Source: Antedon mediterranea (Eukaryota; Animalia; Echinodermata). Taken from it: a DNA stretch of 64,000 bases. This document shows, piece by piece, positions 54,001-64,000 of this stretch (the stretch's first letter is position 1; each line of letters opens with the position of its first letter). The stretch lies in assembly GCF_964355755.1 (NCBI RefSeq), contig NC_092678.1, forward strand, positions 11,778,352 to 11,842,351. The letters run 5' to 3'. Below the pieces are notes generated by a model, which worked only from the letters and a program-made list of their open reading frames with translations, was not told the origin of the DNA and did no database searches. The position numbers and the translations under genes are program-made.

Positions 54001-56765
54001 CATACCTATCTGTGAGATGTGTGTCCTCTAAAGAAAAAAAGAAACTACATTTGAGTGAAATGTCAACATACATTAAAACATGTTCAATTTGGAAATGTTT
54101 GAGCTACATATTATTTTAGATCTCTGTCAAAAGTATTTGTGGGCCTGTTTCTATTGAGCAGGAATAATCGGTTATTTATAAAAAGGGTTCTGCATTAATT
54201 GTTGGAGTACAATGTTACATCCCACCAGTCCAGGCTAACGATGAGTACAATGTTACATCCCACCAGTCCAGGCTAACGATGAGTACAATGTTACATCCCA
54301 CCAGTCCAGGCTAACGATGAGTACAATGTTACATCCCACCAGTCCAGGCTAACAATGTTTTTTAGGCCTGTCGTTTTTGGTAGAGATATGTAGCCTAGCT
54401 AGTAGAATAGTACCAAAAGGGCAACGAACTTCCTCGCCGACATTCTCTTATTAATATAATATCATTATTCTGTTCTTTATTCTGTTCTGTATGTGGTAGT
54501 AGGCCTAGATGTTTATTGGGTTATAGTCAATTGACTATGATAATATAGCTTTTATGGAACAGTTCAATTTTTTATTTTTTATCCTACATGTGAGAGTTTT
54601 AGGCAGTGATAAGATGTAAACAAATAAACTCATCCTGCGTTGTGGGTAATGATGACATGATTTTAAAAAGCACTTTACCAGATAAATAATTACCGTCACA
54701 GAAAATTTTCAATTGCAACAGACAATTTTGTGGTTTGTTGTACTTAGGAATAATTGATTATTTGATTGTTTTCAGCAGAAACAGACCCAAAGAATCTAAA
54801 ATTATCAAATAACATGATCAGCTAATTCACCCTAACATGGTCGAGTGGAGCATGCTGGAAAAACATTGTTATCAACTAATCAGCATTTTATATAGTATTG
54901 GCCCAGCTTTTATTCAACAAAATACCTCATAGTTTAATGTATACATTATATATTAATATATTACTGTGTAATTCTAGGTGTGCGAAATGAAGATAACAAC
55001 GTACTGGAAGTGATTATTGGAATTACAGGTGCACTAATTGGTGTTGTGTTAATACTTATTGTATTAGTGGCAAAGCACTGTTATAATACACCATACAAAA
55101 CATCAGGTAATTTTTCTGCGATATGACTATATTCTGGCATTTCTGGTGTGTACTACGCTTATCTCATAGATGTGTTTTTTGTATTATTTGCTACTTCCCT
55201 ACCAACTATAACATTTCAAACTACATACAGTCAGTCATTGAAAGTGTAACTCACATTTAGTTTTGTTTTGTGGTTTTATTTTCCGGGGCCACAACTAAAG
55301 ATAAGTCAGATCTACAATGCATCACATATCAGAGTTTTATTGAATCCGTTTTTGAAAATTGATTAATTAATAAAACATATTCTCATTGCAAGATATTATT
55401 TGGGGTGTTACGTAGCGGTAGACATTACCGGTCCATCATCTCTCGTACTTGGGTTTCGTAACAGCTTTTTTGTTAGTTTTTCATTTATTTGTTTTTTCAG
55501 AGCAAACATAATTTCTATGTATATTTTATATGCAAATGACAATAAATTGAAGTAATTTTCCACTGAGGATAATGAAGATTTAAAATTCAATTCTGTGTAG
55601 TCACAATCTAATAACCACTGATATGTTTTTGCTAAAAAATAAATTAAGAAAAACTCTGCCCAAAAATAAAGGTTCTCCGTGGTATTTTCTGTTGTGTGCA
55701 ACTCTTCTAACTTTCTCATTGTTTCCCAAGTTAAATTGGAAATAAATTTTTGATTTTAAATAGATATAACATTTCATTCGTAAATAATAATCGTTGAAGT
55801 GTCCTGCTTAACAATGTGTTATTTTTTTCTTTTTCAGATAAAAGTCGTTATTCATCTCAAAGTGATTTACAAGTAGAAGGTATTTATAACATCACTATTA
55901 ACTATACTAATTGCTTAAAACCAATTTACTGGGGAAAGTGCTCTGTTGCGTGATCCCCTTTCGAAAGCTAAAATGACATTGACTATTGATTTATTTTACT
56001 ATCAATTTATATTCAGTACATTCATTATCAACGTCATAAAAATAGATTTTATTTGAAACAAAAATAAGTAAAGTTTAAACAAAAACAACAATAGAGAGCA
56101 AATAAGCACAATACAAAGGAATAAATTAAAACAAAAATAAAAAAATAAGAAAAATGCAATATTTAATAAAATCAACAAATTACATACAGTACCTCTTCTG
56201 TAAGTACGTAACCTTGCTATCGTCCCAGTAGCTTGAACCCCTTTCTGGCTGTGTGGACATTTATCTTCTGGTTTTTTACTGTATTGTCTAAATTATAGTT
56301 CGTCCATCCTGTTTGTTTGGCAAGTTTGTCATTGGTTGATGCATATGTGCAAATAACTTATCAAACAACTTTTTGTTTTTAATGATTATTAATTATCATT
56401 AAATAATGATATTCATTGTATTCTTTTTAGACACAAGAAATAGTACATTTTTTGGGGATATGATTGCAAACTTGCAATCATTTTCTTTATCTTCAAGTCC
56501 TTCAGAGAATGGTACCCAACATGAACACAAGACAGTGCGAATGGATTCTTCTACTGTCGATTATCCTTTGCTTGATCACCAAAGATGTCAAGCCAATGAT
56601 TCTGATGTATACTATTATGGAAATGTGCGGCCAAGTTCTGCAAGTAGTTCTGATGCCCGCTCTCATCATACCTCTAGTATTCAGCTGTATCCTGTACCAA
56701 TTGCAAATGCTGATCCAGAAGCTCAATTCAAACAAGATGTTGTTGAAAGAGAGAGCTCTCTGTAG
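26942..56765 (+). CDS. Gene span: type I transmembrane protein with mucin-like stalk and 6 EGF-like domains (~772 aa, 19 coding exons)
   Basis: Phase-consistent GT-AG chain: 26942-27061, 37181-37450, 38995-39061, 40703-40852, 43614-43750, 43905-43932, 45517-45558, 48076-48212, 48774-48839, 49200-49257, 50272-50397, 50938-51066, 51458-51583, 52056-52178, 52458-52583, 53846-53953, 54978-55106, 55838-55879, 56431-56765. Total 2319 nt, open throughout. Extra exons in the long introns cannot be excluded. Confidence 0.82.
29011..29289. repeat. Minisatellite, 46 bp x 6
   Basis: Perfect copies of AGGTTACAGTACAGTACATAGATTGCTGCTACTATGTGACAGGCAG. Confidence 0.95.
29297..30860. mobile_element. hAT-like MITE with 6-bp TSD
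   Basis: CTGGGGAGG / CCGCCCCAG ends, subterminal GGGGTCCG/CGGACCCC, AGTATG duplicated at 29291-29296 and 30861-30866. Confidence 0.7.
31061..32664 (+). mobile_element. HINE/DINE-1-like non-autonomous Helentron
   Basis: 5' AACTAGAA plus hairpin AATTCGTCA..TGACGAATT and TAGGTGATCA; 3' palindrome TAGGTGATCATTT..AAATGATCACCTA. Confidence 0.7.
32890..33300 (-). mobile_element. tRNA-derived SINE
   Basis: - strand head GTGTCCGAGCGGTAAAGAC (A-box-like) and GGTTCGAGGC (B-box-like), ~400-bp body, AT-rich tail. Confidence 0.6.
33563..35684. mobile_element. 2.1-kb non-autonomous element with 5-bp TSD (hAT5-like) and an internal ~330-bp tandem duplication
   Basis: CAGGCCCGTAT / ATACGGGCCTG TIR; CAACT duplicated at 33558-33562 and 35685-35689; ~34004-34258 repeated at ~34330-34585; shares a core with 12991-13087. 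Confidence 0.88.
36044..36545 (-). mobile_element. LINE 3'-end relic with poly(A) tail
   Basis: - strand RTERFKKSTLPF-like C-terminal peptide followed by a UTR and a long T run (+ strand 36044-36070). Confidence 0.55.
37181..37450 (+). CDS. Exon: Thr/Pro-rich mucin-like stalk
   Basis: KFTQWHNKNISCY..TTPKTTPTMTPTTTPTTSSSP..IILSE; CAG acceptor, GTATAT donor, phase 0-0. Confidence 0.75.
37697..38000 (-). mobile_element. Rex/L2-type LINE 3' relic
   Basis: YPLHKQFALMNAGIRLRALNTKTKRFRCSFVPNAIHLYN, then a (TGACTA)n tail. Confidence 0.7.
38995..39061 (+). CDS. Exon, ectodomain
   Basis: NRNGELRECHVKQMSLNTLTSQ; TTTTAG / GTAAGT; phase 0-1. Confidence 0.75.
39323..39832. repeat. Minisatellite, 28 bp x 18
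   Basis: AGGTTATTAGATGCTGTCCATGGCTAAC head-to-tail, one variant copy, no spacers. Confidence 0.97.
40703..40852 (+). CDS. Exon, ectodomain
   Basis: CSDELPDKFFAPEEDIPMRLGKNDVKGYFSQSSLKDPLKIRIDVNISEQ; TAG / GTATGT; phase 1-1. Confidence 0.8.
40932..41111. repeat. Minisatellite, 45 bp x 4
   Basis: AGTCTGTCAACCGTCTTGGATCC(A/G)CCCCTGTGCTTTTGTGTTGTT. Confidence 0.95.
43614..43750 (+). CDS. Exon, ectodomain
   Basis: HNRINGIYIEVIDSRASTLHCFLLDFNGTLKLNDIIPTYSTGGDR; TTTTCCAG / GTATTT; phase 1-0. Confidence 0.75.
43905..43932 (+). CDS. Micro-exon (28 nt)
   Basis: MSIEGPVDI; TTAG / GTATAA; supplies the needed phase 0-1 bridge. Confidence 0.6.
45517..45558 (+). CDS. Micro-exon (42 nt)
   Basis: LDWLTWQIETCIA; poly-T AAG / GTAAGT; phase 1-1. 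Confidence 0.65.
45637..46738. mobile_element. Mutator-like fold-back MITE with arrays of CCAAAATACG
   Basis: GGGTTGGTGAA..CAGTCCAAAATACGCAGAATTT mirrored at the right end; TGTATTTTTC duplicated at 45627-45636 and 46739-46748. Confidence 0.85.
47766..47988. repeat. Minisatellite, ~39 bp x 5 plus partial copies
   Basis: TCAACTGAGAATCTCAAGCTTTACCTGAGCACTCCATTC repeats. Confidence 0.9.
48076..48212 (+). CDS. Exon, ectodomain
   Basis: SIMYLDDAQLTIGFGRLELKINSSSLFNYNCPLSFTLDNHHGEKE; CAG / GTATAT; phase 1-0. Confidence 0.75.
48774..48839 (+). CDS. Exon, ectodomain
   Basis: NVFFDNGIALRSDVQSGLYELK; TAG / GTATGA; phase 0-0. Confidence 0.75.
49200..49257 (+). CDS. Exon, ectodomain
   Basis: FFLDGTLGGNTYIKKKIKK; TTTTTTCAG / GTAAGA; phase 0-1. 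Confidence 0.7.
50272..50397 (+). CDS. EGF-like exon 1
   Basis: DPCEGTPCGDGGTCKRIETKSRIFHTCTCYRGFYAAYNTCM; 6 Cys; phase 1-1. Confidence 0.92.
50938..51066 (+). CDS. EGF-like exon 2
   Basis: DPCDSNPCVNGQCLTIESDSTTGLEYTCQCSTGFYHVHNTCK; phase 1-1. Confidence 0.92.
51458..51583 (+). CDS. EGF-like exon 3 (paralogue of exon 1)
   Basis: DPCNGGPCGDGGICKRIETKPSIFHTCTCYRGFYAAYNTCM. Confidence 0.92.
52056..52178 (+). CDS. EGF-like exon 4 (paralogue of exon 2)
   Basis: DPCYSNPCVNGQCLTIESDSNLEYTCQCSTGFYHVHNTCK. Confidence 0.92.
52458..52583 (+). CDS. EGF-like exon 5
   Basis: DPCYHNPCDNGTCIVLVKSSSVIDYSCTCYLGFYLGNETCQ. Confidence 0.92.
52692..53273 (+). mobile_element. TTAA-site MITE, family A copy 2
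   Basis: Near-identical to 25284-25878; TTAA on both sides; follows a GGGGCGGATCCAGG element end at ~52653. Confidence 0.88.
53846..53953 (+). CDS. EGF-like exon 6
   Basis: DYCYDNVCSPGSDCVNNNNGYTCQCLSSYIPQNGK; the sixth Cys is formed across the splice (T+GT). Confidence 0.9.
54205..54355. repeat. Minisatellite, 38 bp x ~4
   Basis: GAGTACAATGTTACATCCCACCAGTCCAGGCTAACGAT repeats. Confidence 0.93.
54978..55106 (+). CDS. Transmembrane exon
   Basis: VRNEDNNVLEVIIGITGALIGVVLILIVLVAKHCYNTPYKTS. Confidence 0.92.
55838..55879 (+). CDS. Cytoplasmic micro-exon
   Basis: KSRYSSQSDLQVE; strong polypyrimidine CAG / GTATTT; phase 1-1. Confidence 0.75.
56431..56765 (+). CDS. Last coding exon, cytoplasmic tail
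   Basis: TRNSTFFG..TVDYPLL..VYYYGNV..VVERESSL*; TTTTTAG acceptor. Confidence 0.88.
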
Positions 56766-57742
56766 TGTTCTCTCATCTGATTTAATCACTCGATTCTCTG
56801 TACTGTATCTAGATTTTTCCAGTATCATAGGAAAGTTCTGTAATACAGTATCACATGTACTACTACAGTATAATAGATGATAAACTAATGCTTAAAAAGA
56901 CAAAATAAACAGTTATATTTAATGAGAAACATGTTGTTTCCAGACAATGGAATCTGGTTGACTATATTTTTTCAATAACATTTTTTTTTTCACTTTTTGG
57001 TCAAATTGAACATTTGTTTCAGGGGCACAATATTTTATCTTTAAGATAATTGCAATTACTACACCAACTAGAAATCATGAGAACACAAAATAAAATAACT
57101 TATTTATAGCAAGTTTGAATTATTAGTGCAGTATTATAATTAATATGAAATAGCTTTTGCTATGTGTTTTATAATTAATATGAAATAGCTTTTGCTATCA
57201 CACTTGCCATGTGTTTTTATGTAGATTACAGCGGACCACAATGGAGTTGACGTTAAACATTAAATGCAATCATGTCCAAAAAACTACAGTACCTTGAATT
57301 AGCACTGTTTCATTGCATTAATATAATATAATATTTAAATGTTTTTCCAGATATTATCTTGATTAGGTGATGTTTACTAGACTAATATAATAAACAATTG
57401 TTAACCACTAATGCTGCAGCTATGTACAGTAGTTGTATTCTAAACATAAACAAATGATGATGAAAGACTATGTTAGTATGCCTACATATTTTTCATGATT
57501 TTGGATAAACAGTTAATTAATACGAACAATTTTATATCAATTGTAATTAAAATATGTGAAGTGCTTTGATCAACTTTGAAAGGCGCAATATAAGCAATTA
57601 TTATTATTATTGTTTAGATGTCAAGAAATTAGAGTTGCGGATGCAAATTTGCATTTAGCGATAATGTGTTGGTTAGTACATTATATTTTAATATAAAAAG
57701 CAAGGTAAAATAATTAAGTTCTTAAAATGTACATACTTTTAA

Positions 57743-58214
57743 AGGTCAGGTACAGGCAAGAATTTTAAATATAATATTTGGTTAATTGTACATAGGTAAA
57801 TCAAATATTTGTAATAGAAATCAAGACGAAAAAACATGAATTTCCCCTAATATGGTCAAATACAAAATTTGGCAAAATTCTTCCATAAAAACCAGGAAGA
57901 CTTTTTTTCAGTAGTTAGAAATGTAATATTCAAGTTATATTACCTATATTTAGTCATCTGATAACATTTTTTACCACACTGTTTATTTTTCATAGCTTTT
58001 TAAAATGCATCTCTATTTACAAAATTTGTGTACAAAAGAATAGAGATTTTACTGTGTAATTTGAACTATCCCCCCACTGATAAGAAAGTGCTTATTTGCA
58101 ACAAGCTCGTGTAACACAAATAAAATCCCAAAAATTATGAAATATAGGGGAAACTATAGATCGATAATTATTGGAATGTATGATCAATAGAAATTGTTTG
58201 CCCGCACCTGGCCT
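57743..58214 (+). mobile_element. TTAA-site MITE, family A copy 3 (internally deleted)
   Basis: Same ends and body as 52692-53273 but lacking ~120 bp; TTAA flanks. Confidence 0.85.
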
Positions 58215-60338
58215 TTAAAACAATTTGCTTGGCTAATTCTGAAGTAACCAGGTTCTGTTGAATCCCTCTCTGAATGTGCAATATCTGATTCTTATATTGT
58301 ACTGGAATACAGTACTTGTCAGTAGATGATTCAGTTTTCAATTCCCACCGAATCATGTGCATTGTGGATTCATTGCAATAATACTGTGTGTAATTTTATG
58401 TAAAGTGTTTATGAAATTGTTGATTTATATCAATGCGTTTTAAAAGTTTTTTGTAAACATTAATAATGAAGATAATTTGCTATGCTGCAATTAATATTTT
58501 CAACTGGTGACTTCTTTTCTTGAGATTTGTTTAAAAAAAATACTGAGGGCGCCTTTATATATTAAACATGCATATTCAATACGCCTACGAGAAGTGTGTT
58601 GTATAATATCGAAGAATTGTGAAAAAGGCTACTTGGCTGAATCCTAAAATGTTTGTGGATGTTATGAGTGTCCCTAGGGTATTTTTTTGAATTCTCGTTT
58701 TTTTGACCAAATCGAGTAGACAATTGTGCTTTTTTGGCATATTTTAATGTAGCATAGTTTTATCTTAATTTTAAAACATTTTTTTTTTCAAATTTCAAAA
58801 GCAGATTTAGAAAATCAAGAAACCAAAGTATCATCCTTTGTTAAAATTATTAATTCATAATGCATGTGAGTATACATGAGGAAAATACAACTTGGGATTA
58901 TGAACTATGGTATAACACAGTGTAACAATTTAAAGTATACCTGCAAGGTTTTTGGGGATTGACCTCGGCCTCTATAACAAGCTAAATGTGTTCAAATTTA
59001 GGGTGTTGTATAAACACAGGAGATAATAAATCGTAATAAAAGTATTACATTATATGGCTTTATGCAACAATTTACACCATAATGTGAATGTTGTACTTTT
59101 ACCTTGAATTAATATGTGTACTTCATGTAACATTAAATATAACGATATTATTTTACTTTGGTAAACAGGTGTACCGTATGTGTATTGAAACAAAACTGTT
59201 AACATAAATGTATAGGCGGCAGATATATATCAATTTGATCTCTGTTGCAAATATACCTTTGCTGTGGTCCGTTGGAACATCACTATCCAACTGTATTTGA
59301 ACTATACCATGAAGCCAAAAAAAATGGTACAATGTCAAGCAGAAGATTCCTGATTCGAATCTCCTACAGATATCCGTTATAAATTAATTTCCAGTATCGC
59401 ACTGGAAATGCCTTCAAATTAATATAAATCTGCCGTTATTTGAAAAATTTTACGTAAAACAAGTCTTTTATATTATGTAAATATTTGTGTGGGTTTTTAA
59501 AGAAATTGAAATAAACTCAGGTAAACTAAAACATGTCATTGTGCTAATCGTTTAATTTTTTGTAACTTTCTATGATCCATTTTTGTGCGAGTATAAAAAA
59601 AGTTCCCAGTGAAACAAAATCCACTCATTATTTATCCCTACAAGATCAAATGTGGCAGGAATCATTGTGAAAGGCAGTTTAACTCATTTTGTAGATGACA
59701 TGTTGGATATCGATAGATTTTATTGAAGAAAACGCCATTTCTGCAATATTTTATATTTATTTTATATTTAAGGTGATGTTTGGATCATCTTGCCTTTATT
59801 TATATCTTGGTTCAGATGACAACATACCTAGAAGTCTGATTTCATGAAAATGGATATTGGTATACTGCAGGGACCACTTTGTTCAGTCTCTTTGAAAACT
59901 TTGCCTAGTCCAATAATAATAATAATGCTGCTTTGATATCATGCAAAAAGTATCCCTATAGTTTCTGTTACAATTTATAACAAAATGTACAATATCAATA
60001 TATTTCATTTTGGCTCTAAAATCATCTTTAAAACACATGTAATATCTGCTTTGATCTTTGTGCACTGTTATAAACAATTTAATATTAAAACTATTAAGCT
60101 CCCTTCTTAAATTGTACCTTCTTAAAATTATTAAGACAATTATGACAATTGAAATTCTTAAATACTCAAAAGTTTCTTCACACATAAAATAAAAAAATAA
60201 ATTTATTGTGAATTGTAGCATCTTATTGGATCAAATTTAGGTACAAATGTAAAAGAAAAATGTAAAACTTAGTAAATTTACCATTATTGCCAATTATGGT
60301 CAAAAGAGTATTGCTGTGAATGTTCAACAATTCTTGTG

Positions 60339-60500
60339 GGCCAATTTACACACACAAACGGAAAACAAAAATATATAAATGAAATCTATATGTTAATCTG
60401 ATAACCATTTACACAAAATGTGCAGCAGACGGGTGGTTGAGCAGAAACCCGATTCTATCCTATTCCACTTACCGTTACCGTTCATCTGTGTAAATTGGCC
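60339..60500. mobile_element. Small Harbinger-like MITE
   Basis: GGCCAATTTACACA / TGTGTAAATTGGCC inverted ends; TSD not clear. Confidence 0.5.
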
Positions 60501-60877
60501 TTTATAATATTTTCTTGCTTAATAAATAGTTCTAAAAAAACTGTTACAAATTGCATAATACATGCAGCTATAGATATATAAAAATTAATTAATAAAATTT
60601 CAGTATATATATATTTGAAATGGGATAGTGGTAAGGAAAGAGATAACAGGGGATCTATAGGGCTCTATGGGATTTAAATGATCAGCCCCCCCCCCCCCCC
60701 CCACCTCAAAATGTAATAATGTTTTATGTTTTCTTAATTTATTCTGTACATGATATTAATAGTCTGTCAAAAATATAGTACTATTAAAAGATTACAGAGC
60801 TGTAAAAAATGGAAACACCCAGTGGCGATGGAGCACCTATAACTCTTTCCTGGATTCAGTTCAAAATTTCAAATCCG

Positions 60878-61152
60878 TCAGCTTTCTTTGTTCGTGTATT
60901 TTGAGTCTTGTTCATGTACTAAAAACTTGTCATATTCCTCCCCATCTTCTGGCGCAGATTCATCCTGTTCTACCATGTCATACGTTGGGGGCACTGTGCC
61001 ACTTTGAACTTTAAATGTTTCTATTGATTGGAAAGTCTTTGCAATGCGTAACCTGTCTGGAAGTGATATGGTGACTTGACTGTAGCGTGGTGGGATGTCA
61101 CTTTGAGCTATCATTTCTTCTTCATTCACTGATGGACATGGATCAATAGCAG
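60878..61152 (-). CDS. Second EGF-TM gene, last exon (cytoplasmic tail with two PPxY motifs)
   Basis: CAG acceptor; AIDPCPS..IPPRYSQV..VPPTYDMV..KYTNKES*. Confidence 0.85.
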
Positions 61153-61571
61153 CTGTAAACATTTAACATACAATCTAAATTCAGACTGTTATCAATGTGG
61201 TTGCAATTCCTTAAATTTTATATTATTTTTTCTTTAATTAAACAATATACATTTTAAAATAATTATTAAAAATAAAAATGATTAAAATAAATTATAAAAA
61301 ATAAATATGCATTTTTACTACATAAAACAAAAGTTTTCATGTTAAAACTTTAGGATAACCATTTATGCTGTCTGTGATGATGGTTATTACAGCTGTACTG
61401 TACTGTACTGTAGTATCTTGAATGTTTGACCGTCTGATCACATTCTATTTTGCGAAATGTTTTGTCAACAACCAACCACTAATTTAAACTTGGGAGCATA
61501 AAGGCAGCAGGTTTAAACATTTTATTAACATTTTGTTTGTGCCAGTAAAATATTGAAGAAATACAACTTAC

Positions 61572-61736
61572 CAACACTAACAAGCCTTGAATCATGTCCC
61601 CTGTGATCAAACACATCATCTTGAGGCTTCTTTAAAAGAGACACAAATGCCAAACAAGAGAGAATAACCATAATCGCTATAAAAGACACACCACCAATGA
61701 TAGCAGCTAATGATGAAAAACTACTATATTCTTCAA
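61572..61736 (-). CDS. Second EGF-TM gene, transmembrane exon
   Basis: EEYSSFSSLAAIIGGVSFIAIMVILSCLAFVSLLKKPQDDVFDHRGHDSRLVSV; TTTCAG / GTAAGT; phase 1-1. Confidence 0.9.
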
Positions 61737-62184
61737 CTGAAATAATAATAAAAAGAAAAACATAATAATATTGTATATAAATGGTTCTACATCATTCATA
61801 GTAATAAGTTGACCCTTCCATGAGCAGGCCCCCTCAAGTACACAAATATTTTAACTTCATTACTGAACATTTTCAATGGATAAAAATTAGGAGTAGGAGA
61901 TCAATTATTATCAAACAACAAATATTCAATGTTTGATACTTTTTGAAAAGAATTTTTAAATCTGCTCTGTATGTACCTATAAAGTCAAGTAAATTTATTG
62001 TCATTTGTAAACATATAAAAAACATATTACATTGTGATCATTTTAATAACAGCAATATCATTTTTATGCCCAGAATATTTATTAATATCAATATTGTTTG
62101 TTATTATAATGCTGTTTGAATATATAATGAAACAAAACACATTTTTTATTTATAGTTCAATAAGTAAAAATGACATGTACTTAC

Positions 62185-62331
62185 TAATATCTTGACATGT
62201 TATGCCTGTATAGCCTTCAGGGCAAAGACATTTACTTAGCACACATGTACCATTATTTTGACATAGAGGGTCGCAGAAATCTCCAATATATGCAGTAGTC
62301 ACTTCCATTATATGTAGTTGCTTCAGCATAC
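62185..62331 (-). CDS. Second EGF-TM gene, EGF exon (upstream exons not resolved)
   Basis: ..GDFCDPLCQNNGTCVLSKCLCPEGYTGITCQDI; GTAAGT donor; acceptor position less certain. Confidence 0.88.
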
Positions 62332-62616
62332 CTTTAAACATTGAGATATGATCAGAATTCAAAATAAAGTACAATAGTCAACCTTATACAAATATTATAT
62401 ATATATACAATTGTGAATTTCATATCACGATCGTGGTGAGCAATACACTGGGGGCTCCAGTTTTATGGTGTTCTAGGATATCACTAATGCGATCAACTGT
62501 AAAGGGTCTTGCACACCTGTTCAGGCACGGTTCTGTTCTGGTGTCGGCAAATCAAATGTTACTGTTTGTTTTCAAGGCGCTACACATGGCTATGCGCCAA
62601 TCGATATGTGCATAGC

Positions 62617-62703
62617 CGGGTGTCTAGAAAACTCAGATCTAGAAAACTCAGATATCAATATATGAGTTTTCCAGAATGGAACTCAGAGTTTTCTAGACAC
62701 CCG
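62617..62703. mobile_element. 87-bp MITE with 8-10 bp TSD
   Basis: TIR CGGGTGTCTAGAAAACTC / GAGTTTTCTAGACACCCG; TGCATAGC (or GTGCATAGCC) duplicated on both sides. Confidence 0.85.
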
Positions 62704-64000
62704 TGCATAGCCATGTGAAAACGAAACATTGGTGTACGTTTGATTTGCTGTGGCACCTGCATAAATTGTCTTCTGTTATTATAGTTATAGGCCTAGTAGT
62801 GACATAGTAGATATTTTAATCACTTAAAAGTGATTTGGAAGAGGTTTTTACAGGGTTTTTGGGGTGTGCGCAAGGCTTGCGCAGTTTAGAAATACTTGCT
62901 AGTTTGAAGAAACAGGATGATATGATTCCATGGAAAGATGAATGATGTTATGTTATGATGATAATGTTAGGTGGTAATGTTAGGTGGTGTATAGCCGAAT
63001 CTGGCCTTTCTGAAAAAACCTTTTAGTAATGAAAGTGTTGCACTATCATTACACTATCCAATTTTATTTTTCAGGAAATAACAATTTTAATAAATTATGT
63101 TCAGATACTATGCTACTGTACATTAGGATTGAAGAGGCGTTGCAAAAATTGTTTTACTGTTATTTTGTACATGGTTTTTACACACGTTTGTACATACCAT
63201 ATTTATTTGAATACATTTATTGTTCAGGAGTGATTTTAGAGGGTGTTTATTCGAGTGAGGTGGAGTAGTTTATTTTTTTAAATGTAATATGGTAACATAT
63301 TAATCAAATAAATACCGTACCCCCTAGATATGCAACACCATTAATATCAAGAAGTGATAAAATATGGTAAAAAATTGTATCAAAATGCTTGGTATGGAAA
63401 TGTGTTTATATGCATGTTAATTCAAGAAAATATAGTAAATAAGGTACATTTGTAACTCTACCACCTACAAAACCATAGCAAGATCTGTTTTGTTTATAAT
63501 TTGTACCCAACTAGCAAATTTTTAGTGATATCATTACAGTTAAAATTATTTCTTTTGGCATGTGACAAGGGTAACCTGTGACAATACAGGACTTTAAATA
63601 TTACATTACTACTAAATATTAAAGCTCACTTACAGTACAGCAAGGTCAAGGATATCTACTGATTTGTAAACATAATATTCCTCATTCACTTCACTTAGTT
63701 ATTTGGTGCTATCCAGTAAAAAAAAAGCCCTTCAAAATATAGGAAACTTCTAAGTAAGTAAATACCAAATATTTATTAGGTGATAAAGGCCCCATTTTGT
63801 GAATTCACCATATTGGTCATACTGTACATCTATCAAACCAATTGGTAAGAATCAATAACATTCACTACAAAAATAGCATAATAATCCAACATCAATGACA
63901 AATATAATAAGCAGGTAGGCCTTGTATGGTGTTAATTAATCAATACAATTAGAGGTATATTGGTTTCAATCAATATTTGATATCAAAGTAAAGCCAGATT

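Noticed and set aside
63633-63708. Candidate upstream exon of the - strand EGF-TM gene
   Set aside because: Good donor, but all three frames from the obvious acceptor contain stops; left uncalled.

Overview
AT-rich animal (probably marine invertebrate) genomic DNA with GT-AG introns and dense interspersed repeats; nothing prokaryotic or CRISPR-like. All splicing, TIR and TSD calls were made by eye. Main content: (1) a 19-coding-exon + strand gene (26942-56765, ~772 aa as spliced) for a type I membrane protein with signal peptide, Thr/Pro mucin-like stalk, an unrecognised Cys-containing region, six EGF exons (two recently duplicated), a TM helix and a tail with ITIM-like, YxN and PDZ-type motifs; (2) the 3' part of a convergent - strand EGF-TM gene with two PPxY motifs (60878-62331, continuing towards or beyond the window end); (3) a 5.6-kb Academ-like TIR element (9833-15456; TAG..CTA ends, 3-bp TSD) whose interior is a decayed Penelope-like retroelement, itself hit by a 5-bp-TSD MITE; (4) a - strand block (16607-21083) with a CR1/L2-group LINE ORF carrying a hydrophobic leader and a 2A-like GDVHSNPGP motif, a second RT fragment and an intronless kinase pseudogene; (5) many MITEs, SINE and LINE relics, and minisatellites.
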